A stretch of 64,000 nt of DNA, taken from a virus. A program made the translations under genes and the position numbers. Below, one piece after another: positions 29,231-40,000 of this stretch. Positions within the stretch are counted from its first letter, which is position 1; every line of letters starts with the position of its first letter. The notes beneath the pieces were generated by a model. The model searched no databases and was not told the DNA's origin. It saw only the letters and a program-made list of their open reading frames with translations. The stretch lies in the IMG/VR virus record IMGVR_UViG_3300010244_000098; one strand, written 5' to 3'.

Positions 29231-31606
29231 TTAAAAGATGCTCGGTGGGAATTCATACACCTGTCTCGGGTTGATCGCTTCACCGTTTTGACGAATTTCA
29301 AAGTGGAGGTGGTCTCCAGAAGACCCTCCGGTGTTTCCTTCATATCCGATGTGATCGCCGGCTTTCACTTCCTGTCCGACTTTAACCGTCCCCGGACTGT
29401 TCAAATGCAGATAACGCGTTTTGACAGGAACGTCCGGATCAAGCCCGGCGTCATTTTCTCCCGGCGGGCCGTGTTGGATATCAATAAAGTTCCCGGCTGT
29501 CGCATGAGACATGACTTGAGTCACCTTGCCGTCAGCCGCCGCGAAAATTTGAGCGTTAGAGTGCATTTTGTCGCCGTTGTACTGCATATCAATACCGGCG
29601 TGCAAACGGCCCCAGCGGTGTCCAAACTCACTGGTTATATGGAACTGACCCTGAGGGATCGGATACACATACCCGTCCAGGGACCCTTCGGCCATCACCG
29701 CATTAGAAACATCTTCGAGCAGAATAGGACCGCTTCCGGAATAATCAACACCTAAATGGTGCATAATCGCGTTCGGATAATGAAAGTCTCCTCCATTCCG
29801 CCAGTAATACGGTTTTCCGATAGATGTTGCCCACGGCGAGTTGTTCGGGTCTTTGTCCGACTCGGTTGCCGAACGCCCCATTAGGGACGGAAGAACCACG
29901 GTTTTGGAATAGTTTTCAGCAATATCACTCGTCCAGTGACTATGGCTATTATTGCTCATCCAGCCTAAGAAGACATGCCCCATGTTGTACCCTTGAAGAA
30001 TTGCCCGCAGATCTTGAATGCCGTTCGATTCCGCATTGTCAATCGCGTTTTTTAGTGCCAAAACGCCGTAGTGAATACTTGTCTGAGGATCCGTGAACGT
30101 GTTCATCGGAAGCCCCTGCGACTCACTCGACTGCATGACATCGGGGTAGGATTCGATATTCCCGCCTGTTTCCTGTTGAATTAAACCCAATACTATGTAT
30201 GTCCAATCTTCTGACAGGCCGTGGGTTTTAACAGCCTGGGACGCTTCGTCTTCAAAGCGGAGAACCTTATCGGTCAATCGATGGTTGGAAAAGTCCATTC
30301 CTACCGCCTGTTCTTCCACCATACTTTCCTGATTAGATAAAATGGTCTGAACAACACTGCTGAAAATCAAACCGCCCAGTAAAAGGAAGACCAGAATGCC
30401 TCCGATAATGTAAGGGAGGTGACTAATGACAAATTGTCTAACGCCGGTTTTCGCATACTCTTTTGCAACATCACCGCCCATGGACCAGGCCTCTTTTATG
30501 TTGGCCGTAAAAGACCCTTGGTTCAACCGGCCGCTGCTCACGTCTTGAGCAATACTCATGGCTCCGCCAATGCCGGTTATATCTCCGGCCATCTCCGACC
30601 CGGCTTCTTCTATGTCGGGCATGTCCATCCCGGAAGAACTAAAAAAATCATCGGCGCCTTCCTCGTCAAGAAACCCAGCGCCTCCGCTTGTAGAGGATTC
30701 TTCGTCAAAAAGATCTTCGGGTTCGTTGTCGATTCCTAACGACTCGCTCTCCTCTCCAGACACGGCCCCGTCCTCAGAACCGGGGTCACCCGTATTATCA
30801 TCTGTAAGAGAGTTGGCTTCATCCGGGTTCATGGCGTTCTTTGCCTGTTCAGCGCCGGTTATGTCCTCATCCGGATCCGGAGGGATTCCACTGGGCAGGG
30901 GTTGTTCGGCGCCAATAGCCCCCGGGGCGTCCGAGGCGTCATCGGTCTCATTCATGTCGCCGCCGAAGTCATTGGATGTCTCAGAATCGTCTTCGTCAGA
31001 AGCGTCCTTACCATTGTCAATGCCATCCTCGGGAACGGATCCGTGGTCTCCAGGGGTTGTTTCTTCGTTGACCTCCGGATTTACTGGGGTGCCGGTTCCG
31101 TCTATGTCACCGGACGAGTTCGTATTGTATTCTTCCCCGTCTTCTGCAGAATCCGGTTCATCAGACCCGGTACCGCTCTCGTCATCGTCAATTTCATCGT
31201 TCAATGACGAATCATCCGACGGTTCATCGAGATGTTCTCCACCAGACGCCTCCAGATCTTCTTCGTTTGGATCACTACTTTCTTCGTCCGCTTCTTCTTC
31301 TTCGGCGTCATCCTCTGCCGGAGGGTCGTTTATATCGGAACCGGGTTCCTCCTCGTCACTCAACGGATCATCAGGCGATGTATTGTAACGGTCTCCTGTG
31401 GAACCAGAGGTATTATCCCCGGGCTCCGAATATGTAGGGTCTACATCGCTGGGATCCGATTCGCCATCAGAAAAAGGAGGATCCTCATTTCCCGAATCGG
31501 GGCCAAGATTGTAGCCGTCGCCGGAATCATCCGACCCTGACGGTGTTCGACGAGTGGTACTCGTCCGTTCGCTATCCTGCCACCAATCGTTTGTTGTTTC
31601 TGCCAT
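29231..31606 (-). CDS. conjugative cell-wall hydrolase (VirB1/CwlT-like lysozyme + M23 peptidase) with long acidic N-terminus
   Basis: IQQETGG...DVMQSSES...LQGYNMG (lysozyme-like); HAGIDM, YLHL, GSSGDHLHFEIR (M23). RBS GAGGTGAGG supports the start at 31606. Confidence 0.88.
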   Translation of the reverse strand: MAETTNDWWQDSERTSTTRRTPSGSDDSGDGYNLGPDSGNEDPPFSDGESDPSDVDPTYSEPGDNTSGSTGDRYNTSPDDPLSDEEEPGSDINDPPAEDDAEEEEADEESSDPNEEDLEASGGEHLDEPSDDSSLNDEIDDDESGTGSDEPDSAEDGEEYNTNSSGDIDGTGTPVNPEVNEETTPGDHGSVPEDGIDNGKDASDEDDSETSNDFGGDMNETDDASDAPGAIGAEQPLPSGIPPDPDEDITGAEQAKNAMNPDEANSLTDDNTGDPGSEDGAVSGEESESLGIDNEPEDLFDEESSTSGGAGFLDEEGADDFFSSSGMDMPDIEEAGSEMAGDITGIGGAMSIAQDVSSGRLNQGSFTANIKEAWSMGGDVAKEYAKTGVRQFVISHLPYIIGGILVFLLLGGLIFSSVVQTILSNQESMVEEQAVGMDFSNHRLTDKVLRFEDEASQAVKTHGLSEDWTYIVLGLIQQETGGNIESYPDVMQSSESQGLPMNTFTDPQTSIHYGVLALKNAIDNAESNGIQDLRAILQGYNMGHVFLGWMSNNSHSHWTSDIAENYSKTVVLPSLMGRSATESDKDPNNSPWATSIGKPYYWRNGGDFHYPNAIMHHLGVDYSGSGPILLEDVSNAVMAEGSLDGYVYPIPQGQFHITSEFGHRWGRLHAGIDMQYNGDKMHSNAQIFAAADGKVTQVMSHATAGNFIDIQHGPPGENDAGLDPDVPVKTRYLHLNSPGTVKVGQEVKAGDHIGYEGNTGGSSGDHLHFEIRQNGEAINPRQVYEFPPSIF

Positions 31607-32129
31607 ATCCTCACCTCTCTTTCGCCGTGCCACAAGGCCGTGGCACGTTATTCGAGTCCAGTATAGCACACGGCCGGGTTCGGAATACATACCCACCCTA
31701 TTGAGCGTGTTTCTACTATTATATGTCGATTCTTTGTGTCGGTCGTTGCCAAAAGATAAAAACGTGTTTCTACTATATAAATGCACCTTTTATTTTAAAA
31801 CCCGACAAAAAAGAAGCGCCCCTTTTTTAAGGAACGCTTCTTAAAGACAGATCTCTCTATGTATTGTATGTAGATAAAGAAAACCTGTTTGTCATTATTA
31901 CGGGCTTTCACCCAAAGACGTGTGTGTATTTATTATAGCACGGCACGGATCCGATAGGCAATCATTAAAATCATTTCGCCGTGTCCTTTTATCGTCTGTA
32001 CTCCCACAGCGTATTCAACATAAAGATAAAGTCCGGGAGAGATCTATACGAAAAGCCCGTTTATTTTATGCAATAATTGATAATTTATACACGGAAATGA
32101 ATAAAAAAACCACTTCACAAGCTCCGTTT

Positions 32130-33005
32130 CTCTGGGACATCTTGGGACAAAGTCTATTTTGAAAGAGAGTAAAAAACCGACCTGAAACTTACTCCCCCAA
32201 CGGAAAAGACGATTTTACCCGCTCTGTCCCATTCTGGGACAAAATGGGACATTTCTGGGACAAAACGGGAAAATTTGGGACAGATTTATCAATTTCACAA
32301 ACTTTTTTGCTTTCGCTCATTTATTTTCAAAAAGCTTGGTTTTACAAAAGCTCACTCAATACACTTTTGCGAAATCAAGTAAATTATTTTTTGAGGGGTT
32401 TTATTTCTAAAAAGGTTGGTTTTACAAAAGCTCACTCAATACACGTCCATGACGACAAAATGACCCAAAAAAGGCTAAATTATACACACTCAATGCGCTT
32501 TTGCAAAATGAGGTATTTTACAAAAAAATACTTGCGGGATACAAGTACCCGGAAAAACCCCAAATTCTGTCCCAAAAATAGGGGTGTTTGTCCCAAAAAA
32601 AGGCGATTTTGTCCCAGAGCCCTATTTTTGCAAAAGTGCTATAAAGGCTGATACAAAAGCAATGGAATGAAAACAACGCTTTCGCTCTGACCCAAAATGT
32701 CCCAGTCTGGGACAAGAAAAAAGAAAAGAAAAAGAGTCTATAAAAACTGATATAAAAGGATTATTAAAGAAATAAGAGATAGATATTTAAGAGTTTTGTC
32801 CCAAAATTCCCATATATAAAACTAGAAAGTTTGATTTGGGAAATCGGCCTTTGAGAAAAGCTTGGTTTTACAAAAGCTCATTCAGTACACATATTTTATC
32901 TATTTTATACACATTCAATGAGCTTTTGCGAAATCAAGTAAATTATTTTTTCTATTTTTCAAAATTCAATAGGGGGTTTTCGGAATCGATTTTGGGACAA
33001 ACCCG
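32130..33005. repeat. iteron-rich putative replication origin at the strand-switch point
   Basis: More than a dozen TGGGACA/TGTCCCA heptamers with 10-11 or 21-bp spacing; three copies of ~AAAAGCTTGGTTTTACAAAAGCTCACTCAATACAC; two of CTTTTGCGAAATCAAGTAAATTATTTTT; AT-rich 32715-32790. Confidence 0.7.
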
Positions 33006-33158
33006 ATTTTTCCGACTTGTATAAATGAATGTATATTCTGTATACATGGAACACCTCCCTCACCGGCTCAGCCGGTAGAGGGTGAAGGAGCGATTGCTCA
33101 TTAGTTAAATTTCCGTCGAAGCCTTTTAGATAAATGTGTAATATATACACGTTGGGAA

Positions 33159-33218
33159 TTGACTTTGTCTTCCTCGGTTGATATACTAATAATAGAGAAA
33201 CGTTGCAATATTGCAACG
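33159..33218 (+). promoter_or_regulatory. sigmaA promoter plus perfect 18-bp palindromic operator of the primase/PolB operon
   Basis: TTGACT-17-TATACT, 13 bp, CGTTGCAATATTGCAACG (33201-33218). Confidence 0.78.
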
Positions 33219-33248
33219 GAATACACCGTCAAAGAAAGGAGCCTTTTT

Positions 33249-33527
33249 ATGGCTAAAAATTATGTCCGCAAAAATATGATGTTCCCTTCAGAACTTTACA
33301 GTGAAATAGAACAATATAGAGAAAAACATCATCTGTCTCACGTAACACAAGCAATCGTTCAATTGCTCGATATGGGTCTGGAATACACGCGAAAAATCGA
33401 GGAACGGTCTCTTACGGAATTAGGAATTGAGGTAGATACATATCCAGGCCCTTCGGTCGATAAGCAGGAAATGGAAAAGAAAAAAGTTAACGATGAAGAA
33501 GACGACGCTTCTGTTATAGAGAAATAA
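33249..33527 (+). CDS. RHH-like DNA-binding protein
   Basis: RBS AAAGGAG; VRKNMMFPSELYSEIEQYREKHHLSHVTQAIVQLLDMGL. Confidence 0.65.
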   Translation: MAKNYVRKNMMFPSELYSEIEQYREKHHLSHVTQAIVQLLDMGLEYTRKIEERSLTELGIEVDTYPGPSVDKQEMEKKKVNDEEDDASVIEK

Positions 33528-33579
33528 CCCTTTATTCTGAACTCCCTATTACATAAAGAAAGGAGGAACGGTCTCAACT

Positions 33580-36417
33580 ATGAAACTTGTTTATACAGGA
33601 GATCGATTGATGTCGAAGGACCCCGTTATCCAACAACCGTTTACGGCTGTCGAGTGGGTTCTCAAGCGTCATGAGTGGGCCAAAAACCATATTCAAGTAG
33701 ATCCGGATACATTTCTATTTGACTGGTCAGATCCGGAACCCTACGTTACGTATGCGTTGGATAAGAAACAAGAACTCGAAATCAAGAAAATCAAACAGAA
33801 AGACAATAACTTTCTATTCGCGACCGCATTCGGCGACATAGATAATCCGCAGACCCCGGACCGTGCTCCACGAAAAACAAGTGAAAACGGAGGGGTCTTG
33901 CGTCAATTCATCGGGTTGGATTATGATTTGATTACATTGGACGAAGCGAAAGAATTAAGTCAAAATGTTCATCAATTGTTGATTCACCAACAGGAAGCCA
34001 ATGTGGCTATGTACCCGAGTATCAGCTATCCATGGAAACCCCGTTTCCGCGTCGTGATCGACACGAAACAGTGGCTGGACAAAAAGACCTACAAGAAAGC
34101 TGTAGAGCACGTCATCGAATACTTGGGCGTGGATCCCCATGACGAATCAAACTATACTCTGGCCAAGCCTCTGAACAGTCCGTTGTACCTGCACGAATCG
34201 TCCGCCCGGTCGGTGATGTTCCAGACGACGAAGAAACCTCTCAATCTGACAAGAATTGGTTTTGACCCAGAGGAGGTTCGCCGGAGTCACGCGACCAAAA
34301 AAGCCACGCGGTTGTCCTCCTCGCCTTCGAAAAAGAACGACGATGACCAGGACGAGCCTATCGCTCCCTATCGGAGTGACCAGATTATCCAGGCTGTCGA
34401 TACTTTCTTGGCAAGCGATGAAGCCAGAGAGCAGATTGAAGATTATGACTATTTCTGGCGCTTTGCTGAAAGTCTGGCAGATGCGTACATGAGAGAGCTC
34501 GTTGACCGAGATTTCATTGATTATACGCTTCGTACGGTCGCCTTAGGGGACGCTCAGTGGGAAGAAGACAATTTAAATGTATTCGAAACACAACTGTCTA
34601 AATTGGAAGAATCGCCGGATAAACGCCAGTTAGTACGTCCTTTGAGCACGTATTTACCTATTGCCAGTGAAGTAAAAGCCAACAATCCTGACGTGCGAAA
34701 CCTCAGTCAACTGCTGGCCAGCCTGCTTCCCTCGACGTTTGAACCCAGCGGGAAATACAGCGTACAGGACGCTGCCGATACGATTGGCCAGTTCTTTGAA
34801 TTCGGCCTGCTCCCAGGTATTGAAGATGACGCGGAGGCTTTAGCTATATTTGACCCGTTAAACGGTATCTGGACGCATTCCAACAACGACTTTATTGCGA
34901 TGTTGAACGTTATCAAACCCGCTATCACACCGACTCAGGTGAAGACGGCCACGCTTTACTGGGCCGCTCAGGCGAACCGGAGTGATACGTATATCCGGCC
35001 TTACGACGGCAGTCAGTATCTGGTGTTTAAAAACACTGTCTTGGATATCAGCACTATGCAGACGCACGACTTAGGAAGCGAAAAAGTGAAGCGACAGCAG
35101 TTTACCAAGCGACACCAGATGATTATAAACTACGATCCGGATCCCGAATTGATCGACTATCCGACCGACAGCTTAAACGGACAAAACTGGAACGTGGAAC
35201 AATTCATCAGTGCGTACGCCCATAACGACGAAGATATACGAAAATATTTCCTTTTCGGTCTGGCGTTAGGTCTCTTTGCAGGTCATAATTCCGGTGTACA
35301 CTTTGATATTCAAGGAGAATCAGGGTCGGGGAAATCCACTCTGGCTTACATTTTCCGCGGGTTATACGGGTCTCAACGGGTTGCTGAAATCTTATTCAGC
35401 GACTTGAATAAAGAGTTCCCTATTACCAATTACAACCACGACACGACAGTGATCTGGGTCAAAGAATCCAATACCGGAACCAGTCCTTTGGACGACGACC
35501 ACGGCACGCCCTTTTATGACGGCCTGGCCGACGGGTATGCCCGTATTCCAGTAAAACACGCCGGAGACCAAATCGTGGCCAATCCGCCACAGGTCTACAT
35601 TGACGGAACACAATTGATCCAGTCTAACGACATTCGTACAGGACCGGCACGTCGTACTCTGGCCTACAAATTACCTAGTCCGATTGAACCATACCGGAAG
35701 CAGTTTTATTCCAATAACATTCATGAACGACTCATGACAGAAGAAAACCTGCAGTATATGGTTATGCAGATGATTCAAGCCTTCAGGACGATCGTTCCTG
35801 AACACCGCTTGGATAATTTCAAACTAAACCTCGGCGTGAAACATGATTTAGACATGCTCCCTAACATTGCTAAAGAATGGCGACAGGACTTCGTCAGCGC
35901 TGATTCCAATATGCGCCAATGGTATGACGACATGGTGTCCGAGTTCATTCTAACGGACAATATGGACGCCTGGTTGACCGATAGTTTCTTTTATGAGCTG
36001 TATCTTCATTGGTATGAGCAACGAAACCCGCAGGACCGGACCAAACGGTTTGCACGGCGCCTGCCGAACTTCACGGACATTTTGTATCAAATCTTTGAAG
36101 AAGTCGGCCTCCATATCATTACATTCAAAGACGCAGAGGGTCGAAACCGTTCGCGCATCACCTCTCCAGATAAGTGGGGAATTCACTGGGACGAATACGA
36201 TGAAAACCACACTCGTCCCGCACGGCTGTTGGATATCGGCCAGTGGAGTGAGGTGTACAAGAAACGCGTGAAGAACATTTACCGTCTTGTGACCTCTGAA
36301 CCTGACGAGCGACTGTATGACAAAGAAAGTCCTTTGGTCTATCATCCAAAAGAGTCCACGCGGGTCACCCAAAACCAATTACTGAAAACATCCAGCAAAA
36401 CCAAAAGCTCTGAGTGA
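33580..36417 (+). CDS. primase-SF3 helicase (phage/plasmid D5/P4-type)
   Basis: Prim-pol motifs FIGLDYD and PRFRVVI, PriCT-like YDYFWRF, D5_N-like LVFKNTVLDI, Walker A GESGSGKST, ARR finger, C-terminal winged-helix-like YELYLHWY. Confidence 0.82.
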   Translation: MKLVYTGDRLMSKDPVIQQPFTAVEWVLKRHEWAKNHIQVDPDTFLFDWSDPEPYVTYALDKKQELEIKKIKQKDNNFLFATAFGDIDNPQTPDRAPRKTSENGGVLRQFIGLDYDLITLDEAKELSQNVHQLLIHQQEANVAMYPSISYPWKPRFRVVIDTKQWLDKKTYKKAVEHVIEYLGVDPHDESNYTLAKPLNSPLYLHESSARSVMFQTTKKPLNLTRIGFDPEEVRRSHATKKATRLSSSPSKKNDDDQDEPIAPYRSDQIIQAVDTFLASDEAREQIEDYDYFWRFAESLADAYMRELVDRDFIDYTLRTVALGDAQWEEDNLNVFETQLSKLEESPDKRQLVRPLSTYLPIASEVKANNPDVRNLSQLLASLLPSTFEPSGKYSVQDAADTIGQFFEFGLLPGIEDDAEALAIFDPLNGIWTHSNNDFIAMLNVIKPAITPTQVKTATLYWAAQANRSDTYIRPYDGSQYLVFKNTVLDISTMQTHDLGSEKVKRQQFTKRHQMIINYDPDPELIDYPTDSLNGQNWNVEQFISAYAHNDEDIRKYFLFGLALGLFAGHNSGVHFDIQGESGSGKSTLAYIFRGLYGSQRVAEILFSDLNKEFPITNYNHDTTVIWVKESNTGTSPLDDDHGTPFYDGLADGYARIPVKHAGDQIVANPPQVYIDGTQLIQSNDIRTGPARRTLAYKLPSPIEPYRKQFYSNNIHERLMTEENLQYMVMQMIQAFRTIVPEHRLDNFKLNLGVKHDLDMLPNIAKEWRQDFVSADSNMRQWYDDMVSEFILTDNMDAWLTDSFFYELYLHWYEQRNPQDRTKRFARRLPNFTDILYQIFEEVGLHIITFKDAEGRNRSRITSPDKWGIHWDEYDENHTRPARLLDIGQWSEVYKKRVKNIYRLVTSEPDERLYDKESPLVYHPKESTRVTQNQLLKTSSKTKSSE

Positions 36418-36475
36418 TGCAGACACACCGGTGTCTGCTCATAAAAGGGTTTGTGAGAGAAAGGAGAAGACGGAT

Positions 36476-36997
36476 ATGCTACAAACAACAGAACAACAAG
36501 AAACGGAACGCGTCATGGAACGAATCAAAACAATGATTGAACAACGCATTAAAAAACACAGCGCTCCCTTATACCATACAGTGCAGAGGAACATAGCCGA
36601 CTTAAATCAAACCGTTTTTCAGACAGACACCCAGGTTCTTCGTTTAGTTCATGTCAAATACCGAACAGCAGAGTATGATTGGAACAAAGAACTCATTATT
36701 ACGAAACAACCCAGTGTCTTTACTGACAGAGAACTGATTTTGAGACTGTCGGATTCTTTAAAAAACCATATTCACGTGACCTTTGCCCTGTCAAGCACAG
36801 ATCCGAACCAACAAATAAACGATGCGAACATTAAGGTTCACGTCAAAACAAACCCTCGTCTCCGTGCCTCGTCTTTAAATAAGGCGCTGAGCACGTTATT
36901 GAACGAATGGACGAAAGAACCAATGGACGATGTTCTCGCGCGATGCCAAACAAAAATCAGTCAGGCAATTCTGATGAATCCGGCCCCTGATAAATAA
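36476..36997 (+). CDS. hypothetical protein
   Basis: RBS AAAGGAG before ATG 36476; lies between the primase and polymerase genes. Confidence 0.7.
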   Translation: MLQTTEQQETERVMERIKTMIEQRIKKHSAPLYHTVQRNIADLNQTVFQTDTQVLRLVHVKYRTAEYDWNKELIITKQPSVFTDRELILRLSDSLKNHIHVTFALSSTDPNQQINDANIKVHVKTNPRLRASSLNKALSTLLNEWTKEPMDDVLARCQTKISQAILMNPAPDK

Positions 36998-37024
36998 AAA
37001 ATAAATGAAAGGAAGATACCTCCT

Positions 37025-40000
37025 ATGGTTGCGTACAACCGATTCGATGTTTTTTATGACTATGAGGTCTTACAAAACGTCACGACCAACGCCATGCTTT
37101 ACCCTGGCGCAAAGAAAATCATAATCCCTTACAATACCCATATGGATAGTATTCAACCCGGCGACCATGAACTTCACGTCACCCCAGACGATGAACAATG
37201 GATCCGTGATTACGTTATCGAACAGAATAAAAGCAGTTTGCGTCGCTGGGGGGTTCCTGAAGACAATGTTCAATTAACCTCAAACTTTGTCGGAGAAATC
37301 GTTCAGCTAAATACAGTCAACAAACGCTACACCCTCCCCTATCACGGAGGGACGATGTTCGGGTATAATTCCAGCGGGTATGATGTTGCCATTACAGCGT
37401 TTTTATTAGATGAAATCAACGAATTATTGAAAAGCAATAAGAATGATCCGAAAGCGGTCAATATCAGTGCAAAAGATGTTCGTCAATTTTCAGACGCTTT
37501 AATCAACGGCCCGTCTAAAAGCCCGTGGCAGGGTGTCCGTGATTATGGAGACCAATACACGCGACGATCTTTATTTAATACGTTTGCGACATTGATGAAC
37601 AACCCGTACAACATAGATGTTCAATCACTGAACGCTAAAATGTCGAAAACAGCTTTGAAACGATTAGCTGCACAAGGCGGATTTAAAATTGAAACCAGCG
37701 ACAAACTATCTGAGCAAGCTTCAACTCTTCACTCTGTGGAGGAACTGGCTGAACTTCTGGCTTACAACGTAAACGATATTTTTGCTACGTTATGGTTGTT
37801 TGAACAAAAGCCCTACCAGACGCCGTACAACCAGCGAATCACGTTGATCGACCGGTACGGGGACAATCAATTCAAAGACAAAAACATTAAACGGGATTCA
37901 ACTGAAGCAAAATTGATTGAGAACGTGATCAGTCCTCGTGAGTCACTAACGGACGATCCCGAAGTCTCTTTGGCTTACCCTGTGACCCGCGGGTACATGC
38001 CCGATTCGTTTAAAAACCCCGACTTTACACTGGAACAAGCGAATGCTCTCTACAATCATTTAGAAGACGTGGCCAAAAAAAGCCACCCGGCGTTGTTTAA
38101 CGAAAATCCGTCCAAAGCCATGAACATGTATCTGTTCGAAAAATACGAAGAAGAAAAAGACCGCAATCCCGAACACCTTATTGTGAAGCATTTCTTCTTT
38201 AAAAACGGGTCCAATAAAATCATGGCAAGCAACGGCGAATTCGTATACACGGCAGACGGCTACAAAGGCTTTAACCGAACAATGCTCTCTGCTCTGGGAG
38301 AATATATCTTAAACACGGGTAATAGAGAAACAAACGATGCGCAGAAACAATTAAATCTTCAAGAAAAAGACGATTTAATGAAGCGGGCCTCCCCTAATGA
38401 CAATACGCCTGAAGTCAAATGGGACGAAACGGTCAACACAGTAATTGAACATATCGCAGAAGATCACCCGTTCTACCCGTGGTTTTATTATGAGGACGGT
38501 ATGAGAAAAGTTGTCGCTAAAGACAAACGTCTCATGGTTGACTTATTAAATTATGTCAGCAAACATTACAACCTGCCTCAAGATGTGTATACGTACTATG
38601 ACGCCTACCGTGGCCAAGACATGGGTGTGCGCGATGCTTCGAAAGCCGTAAAAGCCCAACTGGAAAAAGACGGATATAAACACTTGAAATCCGGCGCAGC
38701 CGTCCTCTTAACTCCGGAAAGCCCGGTGTATGTCACGATGTCTATCGGAGGCGTTCACGGAAACTTGATTGATCTGGAGAAATACAAAGAAGATAAGGCT
38801 ACAGCCGATACTTACAACGGCGAACGACAAGCCGTTATAGACTTTTACAGAGAAAAAGCCTCCCAGTTCAGTGCAGAAAAATACATTAAACTCACCGGCG
38901 AAACGTCTCAACAGGAGCAGGACAAGATTTATAGTCTGCTCGGAAAGATAAGCGACGACCCGGCGGACGATACCGTGCCGGCTGTCTTAGCCCGCCGAAC
39001 CAAACGAAACGGTTTTGTTCTGGGTGAAGGACAAGATATTCAAGATATGGAACCGTATCAATTCACGACAGGGTCCTACTCTCAGGCAAAATTTAAAACG
39101 AAGAAAACAACCAAGTCTCTCAAAACGTATACAACAACCCTGTATGACTTTGACGTTGTGCACATGGATATTTCCAGTTATTACCCGACGTTGATCTCTA
39201 TCCTGCAGACATTGAAGGCTCCAAGTGGTCAGGATCAGTACAACGATTTACGTCTGGAACGAATCAAATTGAAAGAACGTATTCCGTCCGACCCGGCAAC
39301 CTGGAACGAACAGGATAAAGAAGACCAGTCTATCCAACTGGCTAACAAGTTGCTGTTGAACGCCGCATCCGGCGCTGCCGATGCCAGTTATGACAACAAT
39401 ATCCGGGTAAACAACAAAGCTTATCGGATGCGTATTTCTGGACAGCTGATTTTATTGGCTTTGAGTCTGGATATTGCTGAAGCCGGCGGAGTTCCGAACT
39501 CAATCAACACGGACGGAGTTTATGCTCATGACATCAGTGAAGACACGGCAGACACCTTGATTCAGTCCTGGGCCAGCCTGTACAGTTTAGAAGCGGACAC
39601 GGAAATGGTGGATATTCTGATATCTAAAGATTCCAATAACCGTATCGAATACTACTTATCTGACCGGGGTGAAAGCATTATTGCATCCGGTGGAACAGTT
39701 GGGAACTGGGAAGGCACTACGCTCACAGGAAACTTGAACCGCCCTCCAATTGTCGATCGTGCATTGACGTACTATTTGATCAATCACGACAGTCCTTTGA
39801 CTCATTTTGACCGGAAATATGTCACAGACTACATTACCGGCTTCATTCAAGACCGCTTGGAGAAAGCCAAAGAAGACCCTGAGGAGCGGGAGGACCTGTT
39901 TAACTATTTCCAGACGCCGTTTGTATCCAATGTGAATAAGAACCGCTATATTGTCTACAAAGACACAAATGACCAATGGTCGTTCCCGAGCCCAATCAAC

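Noticed and set aside
32244-33216. Short ORFs in the iteron region
   Set aside because: They are translations of DNA repeats (WDK/CPK motifs) with no RBS.
37900-39150. Intein or homing endonuclease explaining the long PolB
   Set aside because: Insertions lack Cys/Ser...His-Asn splice motifs and LAGLIDADG/HNH signatures.
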